Made by a program: the position numbers and the translations under genes | Virus record (IMG/VR): IMGVR_UViG_3300014838_000019 | Location: 11,837 to 75,836 of that record | Reading direction: 5' to 3' (one strand) | Length of the DNA: 64,000 nt | Source: a virus | Shown: piece after piece, positions 59,594 to 64,000 of the stretch | How the letters are laid out: each line of letters starts with the position of its first letter | Numbering within the stretch: position 1 is the first letter of the stretch | Notes under the pieces: generated by a model | Databases searched by the model: none | Told to the model about the DNA's origin: nothing | What the model saw: only the letters and a program-made list of their open reading frames with translations

Positions 59594-60171
59594 AACAACC
59601 CTTCGACATAACCATACCAAAAGTTGACCCAAATGAGAGAAACCTTTTCCTATGCAAAGATGTCAATCAAGAATCAATTGAAGAACTCACTAAGGGCATA
59701 ATAAAAATAAACGAAGAAGATGATCAATATCAGAAAATCTATGATTTTCATGGGTTTCCCTATATTCGTCAGCCAATTCATATTTTCTTGGATACCTACG
59801 GTGGGATGGTATATCAAACGTTTGGACTCGTATCTATCATGGATAATAGTAAGACTCCCATTCATACCGTCGTAACTGGATGTGCAATGAGTGCTGGGTT
59901 TGTTATTTTAGTGTGTGGTCACAAACGATTTGCTCATGCTTTTTCTACTCCGTTATATCATCAAGCCTCGGGAGGAGTGTGGGGTAAAGTCAAGGATATG
60001 GATGAGAAGGTAATTGAATCCAAACGCCTTCAGAAAATGATGGAAGACATCGTTGTGAAGCGCACCAAAATTCCCAGAACTAAACTTGCCGAAATTTACA
60101 CAACCAAGACTGATTGGTATATGTCTTCAAAAGAAGCTAAAAAGCTTGGAGTTGTGGACGTTATTATTTGA
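59590..60171 (+). CDS. clpP: ClpP-like serine protease
   Basis: DTYGG, G.AMSAG (Ser), YHQ (His), DWYMS..EA..LG.VD. Confidence 0.88.
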   Translation: MKQPFDITIPKVDPNERNLFLCKDVNQESIEELTKGIIKINEEDDQYQKIYDFHGFPYIRQPIHIFLDTYGGMVYQTFGLVSIMDNSKTPIHTVVTGCAMSAGFVILVCGHKRFAHAFSTPLYHQASGGVWGKVKDMDEKVIESKRLQKMMEDIVVKRTKIPRTKLAEIYTTKTDWYMSSKEAKKLGVVDVII

Positions 60172-60210
60172 TGCTTGACTTGATCGTTTCATCTGTTATA
60201 CTGTTGAAGT

Positions 60211-60408
60211 ATGAAGAAGAATGATCGCCTGAGACATGATGCAAATCGCACGATGGAAAAGATTCGTAGGATTGCTCGACACATTCGAAATGTAGAGGAT
60301 AATTGCCTCTTGCTTGGCGAAAAGCTGATTGAACGTGGAGAAATTGAACTTGGACGACAATTAATTGCTGGTGCGGGTTTTTGGGATTATCAGTATAAAC
60401 GAATATAA
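60211..60408 (+). CDS. short hypothetical protein, possibly truncated
   Basis: Follows a TTGACT-16-TATACT promoter; RHIRNV helix then an abrupt end. Confidence 0.45.
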   Translation: MKKNDRLRHDANRTMEKIRRIARHIRNVEDNCLLLGEKLIERGEIELGRQLIAGAGFWDYQYKRI

Positions 60409-60409
60409 A

Positions 60410-60625
60410 ATGTATCTTGAAACAAATACCGGCCTCGTCGTCCAAGAATTACGTAATGGTTTTCTCGGTCATGAGGCCGTGTATTTATTATTTCATGGTA
60501 AAAATCTAATTGCCTTTTCTATAGATAAAAAGAATTGGACGATGAGTTCGTGGATTACCAAAATAAAACTTAAACAAATCGATGAAAATATGTTTAAACA
60601 ATTATCGATGATGAAAGACGTATAA
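60410..60625 (+). CDS. hypothetical protein
   Basis: ORF abutting the previous stop. Confidence 0.5.
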   Translation: MYLETNTGLVVQELRNGFLGHEAVYLLFHGKNLIAFSIDKKNWTMSSWITKIKLKQIDENMFKQLSMMKDV

Positions 60626-60821
60626 AATTATGACTAAACAAGGTGGTAAATTTATTTTTCTGACACACAATCCGAAATTGATATGGACCGTCTGACGGAT
60701 ATGACCCGTTTACTTGAGTATCATCTCAAAATAGTATCCGAGACCAAGGCTAAAAAATTTGATTTGTGGAAGGACGTTTTGTGATACACGTTTGGTGGAT
60801 ATGCTTACTATTTATTAGTAT

Positions 60822-61676
60822 ATGAATAACTTAGTATCCTGTCCAATATGTCAGTCGAAATTCAGATCGTTGATGTCACATATTCGACTGATTCATGGGT
60901 TAACTCCAACTGAATTACTTGAAAAATACCCTAATACAAAGATGGTGTCGGATAGGGTGAAGAAAAAAGCATCCCATTCGTGTGTTCGGGCGTGCTGCGG
61001 GAGAACTCCGGGGTTTATTGTATCCGAGGAACAAAAACTAAAAATCTCCCATTCTGTCACGGGAGAAAAAAATCCATTTTATGGAAAACGGCATTCCAAA
61101 AAAACACAGCTGAAAATGTCCCGTAATCATGCCGATTTTCAGGGAGTCAATAATCCACTTGTAAAATGGCTAAATAGTGACCCAAAAAATAGGACTGCGT
61201 ATTCAGATGGGATGAAACGATGGATGGCGGAAAAATGGTCCAACGAAGAATATAGGAAAAAACACAGCGAACGCCTTTCACGACAGGTCTCACAACAACA
61301 CATAAATGGATTCAATCCATATTCTAACTGTGAACATGGGTGGTTTCATAGTAGCAAATTTGCAACAAAATTTTATTTTCAAAGTTCGTATGAACGGCGA
61401 TTTTTAGAATTTTGCGAAAAATCACAAAAAATAAGTTCTTTACAACGAGTTCCATTCGTGATACCATACCAAGACGATAAGGGAATCAGTAGAAATTATT
61501 GTGCTGATTTTCTTATCAATGGAAATATTGTGGTTGAAATTAAACCGCAATCCATGATGAACTATAATAACAATTCTCGAAAAATTATTGCAGGAAAATC
61601 ATATTGTGAAGCGAATGGGCATGAATATAAACTCATTACAGAGACGGAACTAAACAACCTCGAAAACATATTATGA
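60822..61676 (+). CDS. homing endonuclease (C2H2 finger, NUMOD3, TnsA-like nuclease)
   Basis: CPIC..H...H; GEKNPFYGKRHS; SSYE..F....IPY......Y.ADF.....VEIKP. Confidence 0.8.
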   Translation: MNNLVSCPICQSKFRSLMSHIRLIHGLTPTELLEKYPNTKMVSDRVKKKASHSCVRACCGRTPGFIVSEEQKLKISHSVTGEKNPFYGKRHSKKTQLKMSRNHADFQGVNNPLVKWLNSDPKNRTAYSDGMKRWMAEKWSNEEYRKKHSERLSRQVSQQHINGFNPYSNCEHGWFHSSKFATKFYFQSSYERRFLEFCEKSQKISSLQRVPFVIPYQDDKGISRNYCADFLINGNIVVEIKPQSMMNYNNNSRKIIAGKSYCEANGHEYKLITETELNNLENIL

Positions 61677-62833
61677 AATGGCTGAAAGAAAATTTGATTT
61701 ATTTGACCGTGGCGGGTAGTCGCTCATATGGCATGGCCAATGACATGTCTGACTTAGACATTAAGGGCATTGTCGTTCCGCCGCCATCAGTAGAGCATCA
61801 CCTTTATCATCATTTTGAGCAAGCCGAAAATAATGAAGAAGTTAATGCCATAGTGACACATATGGCAAATCCAAAAAATCCAAAAATCGAAGGGACCGTG
61901 TATTCCCTTCGTAAGTTTTTTCTGCTTGCCGCCGAAGTAAATCCCAACATCATAGAATTATTGTTTACGGACGAATCCGACCACGTTATAATGACTCCGA
62001 CAATGAAACTCCTGATGGAAAATCGAATGTTGTTTTTATCAAACAAGGCTCGTTATACCTTCAGCGGTTATAGTGCGGCACAATTAAAAAAAATCGAACG
62101 CCATCATAAGTGGATTGTTCTCGGAGAAATGCAACATCCGAAACGTGAAGATTTCGGTCTCCCGCTTATTCCCGAACGAGGATTGGATGAAGTGTTTGGA
62201 CACATCAAATCTACGGTTGAATCATGGAACCTTAATCAGTTTCCACTAGAAGAAATAGACCGTGCTGAACTCAAAGATACAATTTGGGAACTGATGTCTA
62301 ATGTGGTTGATAAAGAAATCTCCATTGCCAATTGGCCCGATGTTTATTCTGACGCAGTCATTCATAAGATGGCGAAAGAATTCAGCCTCAAGGATGAACT
62401 GGTCAAGTATATCTATGCCGAACGCTCTTATGCAAAGGCCAAGCGGGTGTATGATTCGTGGGTCTCTTGGAAAAAAGAACGTAATCCTGCACGAAGAGAA
62501 TTGGAAATAAAATCGGGATATGACACAAAACACGCCGCAATGTTAGTCCGATTATTGCGGGTCGGTTATGAAATTCTTACAACTGGGAAAGTGATTGTCA
62601 ACCGCACGGGAATTGATGCTGATGAACTGTTGGCCATCAAGAACGGCTCGTGGTCGTTTGACAAAGTTATGGCGTTCAAGGACGAGATGGAAGCCAACCT
62701 CGACGCTGAGTATCTTCGTCAGAAGAAACTTATCGCCGAAGGCAAGCCTACGCCAATCCCTCGGGAAGTGGACAAAGTGAAACTTAACGAGTTCTATCAC
62801 AAACTTTACAATGAGTATTGGAATGCCAAATAA
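61673..62833 (+). CDS. RlaP-like (Pol-beta superfamily) nucleotidyltransferase
   Basis: GSRSYG....SDLDIKG, NPNIIELLF, GYDTKHA..LVRLL. Confidence 0.85.
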   Translation: MKWLKENLIYLTVAGSRSYGMANDMSDLDIKGIVVPPPSVEHHLYHHFEQAENNEEVNAIVTHMANPKNPKIEGTVYSLRKFFLLAAEVNPNIIELLFTDESDHVIMTPTMKLLMENRMLFLSNKARYTFSGYSAAQLKKIERHHKWIVLGEMQHPKREDFGLPLIPERGLDEVFGHIKSTVESWNLNQFPLEEIDRAELKDTIWELMSNVVDKEISIANWPDVYSDAVIHKMAKEFSLKDELVKYIYAERSYAKAKRVYDSWVSWKKERNPARRELEIKSGYDTKHAAMLVRLLRVGYEILTTGKVIVNRTGIDADELLAIKNGSWSFDKVMAFKDEMEANLDAEYLRQKKLIAEGKPTPIPREVDKVKLNEFYHKLYNEYWNAK

Positions 62834-62967
62834 AATAATTAAGCCGTCATTTGATAATACCTTATTTGTAGGAGTGATATTTTTTATTATAAGTATGACT
62901 ATTATTAAATACCGATGGGATGATTGGATATTACCATTATTTAATTGGTTAACATCGTTTTTTTAAT

Positions 62968-63798
62968 ATGCTCGGAGCCATTCTTGGGGATATTGTGGGG
63001 TCACCTTATGAAGGGGGATACAAACGTTCCGTTGATAAGAAGGACTTCCCACTGTTTAGTCCTGACTGTCGATTTACGGATGACAGCGTTTTGACTTGTG
63101 CAACAGCAAAAGCCATAATGCATCCATCGTTTGCATCATATTCATATAGGTTTGCCTATCAATACAAGCAATGGGCGTTGCGGTATCCTGATCGTGGGTA
63201 TGGAAGTAAATTCAAGGAATGGATTAAAGCGAACAGTTATACCATTAATAACAGTTATGCAAACGGCTGTATGATGCGTTGCTCTCCGATTGCCCTCTAT
63301 TACGAAGACAAAGACCTTGCTCTGAAACGTGCTCTTAACAGCATTGCCTACACTCACAATTCGCCAGAGTCCGCCCGTGGAGTGCAATCTATTGTTGATG
63401 CAATTTGGATGGCTCGTCACGGGGCATCCAAAGAAGAGATCAAAACCCGTGTCCAAGAACAATATGGGCACATGCTTAATCTTACATTGGAAGAATTGAA
63501 GACAAAGTGGTCTCGTGACATTCGTAGTAATCTCACGGCGCAACAAGCATTGATATGCTTTATGGAATCCAACAATTATGAGTCGGCAATCAGAAATGCC
63601 GTGTATATCAATGGGGATACCGATACAAATGCTGCCATTGCCGGAGCAATTTCTGAAGCATTTTATGGAGTTCAAACCATTCCTACGATCATGATTGAAC
63701 AAGCTAGAAAACTTCTCACCAAAGAAATGATTGATACTGTTAATGCCTTTTACACCAAATGTGGTCAAGATAGATTTGGAGTTAAATTTGCATTATAA
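62968..63798 (+). CDS. ADP-ribosylglycohydrolase (DraG/ARH family)
   Basis: GAILGDIVGS.YE, FTDD, S.ANG..MR.SP, TH, GDTDTNAAIAG. Confidence 0.93.
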   Translation: MLGAILGDIVGSPYEGGYKRSVDKKDFPLFSPDCRFTDDSVLTCATAKAIMHPSFASYSYRFAYQYKQWALRYPDRGYGSKFKEWIKANSYTINNSYANGCMMRCSPIALYYEDKDLALKRALNSIAYTHNSPESARGVQSIVDAIWMARHGASKEEIKTRVQEQYGHMLNLTLEELKTKWSRDIRSNLTAQQALICFMESNNYESAIRNAVYINGDTDTNAAIAGAISEAFYGVQTIPTIMIEQARKLLTKEMIDTVNAFYTKCGQDRFGVKFAL

Positions 63799-63891
63799 CA
63801 ACCGTTAGTATTTTCGTAGTTCATCTGTTTTCTCATTATATCTATAGAAATCACATCCAAGATAATGTTTTATATCATTCATATTTTCTAT

Positions 63892-63934
63892 CGTTGCGGA
63901 AACCCCTATCCCTTTAGGGTAGGGGATGAGCAAC
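63892..63934 (+). mobile_element. probable IS200/IS605-family terminal hairpin
   Basis: CGTTGC-GGAAA-CCCTATCCC-TTTA-GGGTAGGGG-ATGA-GCAACG. Confidence 0.5.
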
Positions 63935-64000
63935 GAAACTTATCCTTGTGTTAGTATGTATTTTCTAATAGTTTCAGGTGATGCTTCACCAATGGAACAA

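Overview
This window is a 64-kb segment of an AT-rich large (jumbo-type) T4-like myophage genome in the standard genetic code, with almost all genes on the + strand. From left to right it holds: (1) the 3' end of a CoaD-like gene and a tRNA cluster (Ala-TGC, Met-CAT, Ala-GGC, Gln-CTG, Ser-GGA, Ser-CGA) interleaved with several unassigned structured RNAs, a homing endonuclease and a lipoprotein; (2) PhoH, two Ser/Ala-repeat fibre proteins and a gp55-like late sigma factor; (3) a long baseplate/tail operon (gp5-, gp25- and gp6-like genes plus many Ser/Thr-rich virion proteins); (4) a RuvC-like resolvase, primase and a fused Mre11-Rad50 (gp47-gp46); (5) terminase, portal, prohead protease and putative head-internal proteins; (6) ClpP, an RlaP-like nucleotidyltransferase, an ADP-ribosylglycohydrolase and a probable IS200/IS605 end. 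The strongest leads are small accessory genes that each carry their own late promoter and an N-terminal 'MIKLxxLxxE' tag (an Acb1-like 2H phosphoesterase and an ART-like protein among them), non-tRNA RNAs inside the tRNA array, a Tat-signal mini-protein carrying a gp23 capsid motif, and repeated homing-endonuclease stubs that keep their promoters. All assignments come from motif recognition by eye; no database searches were run.
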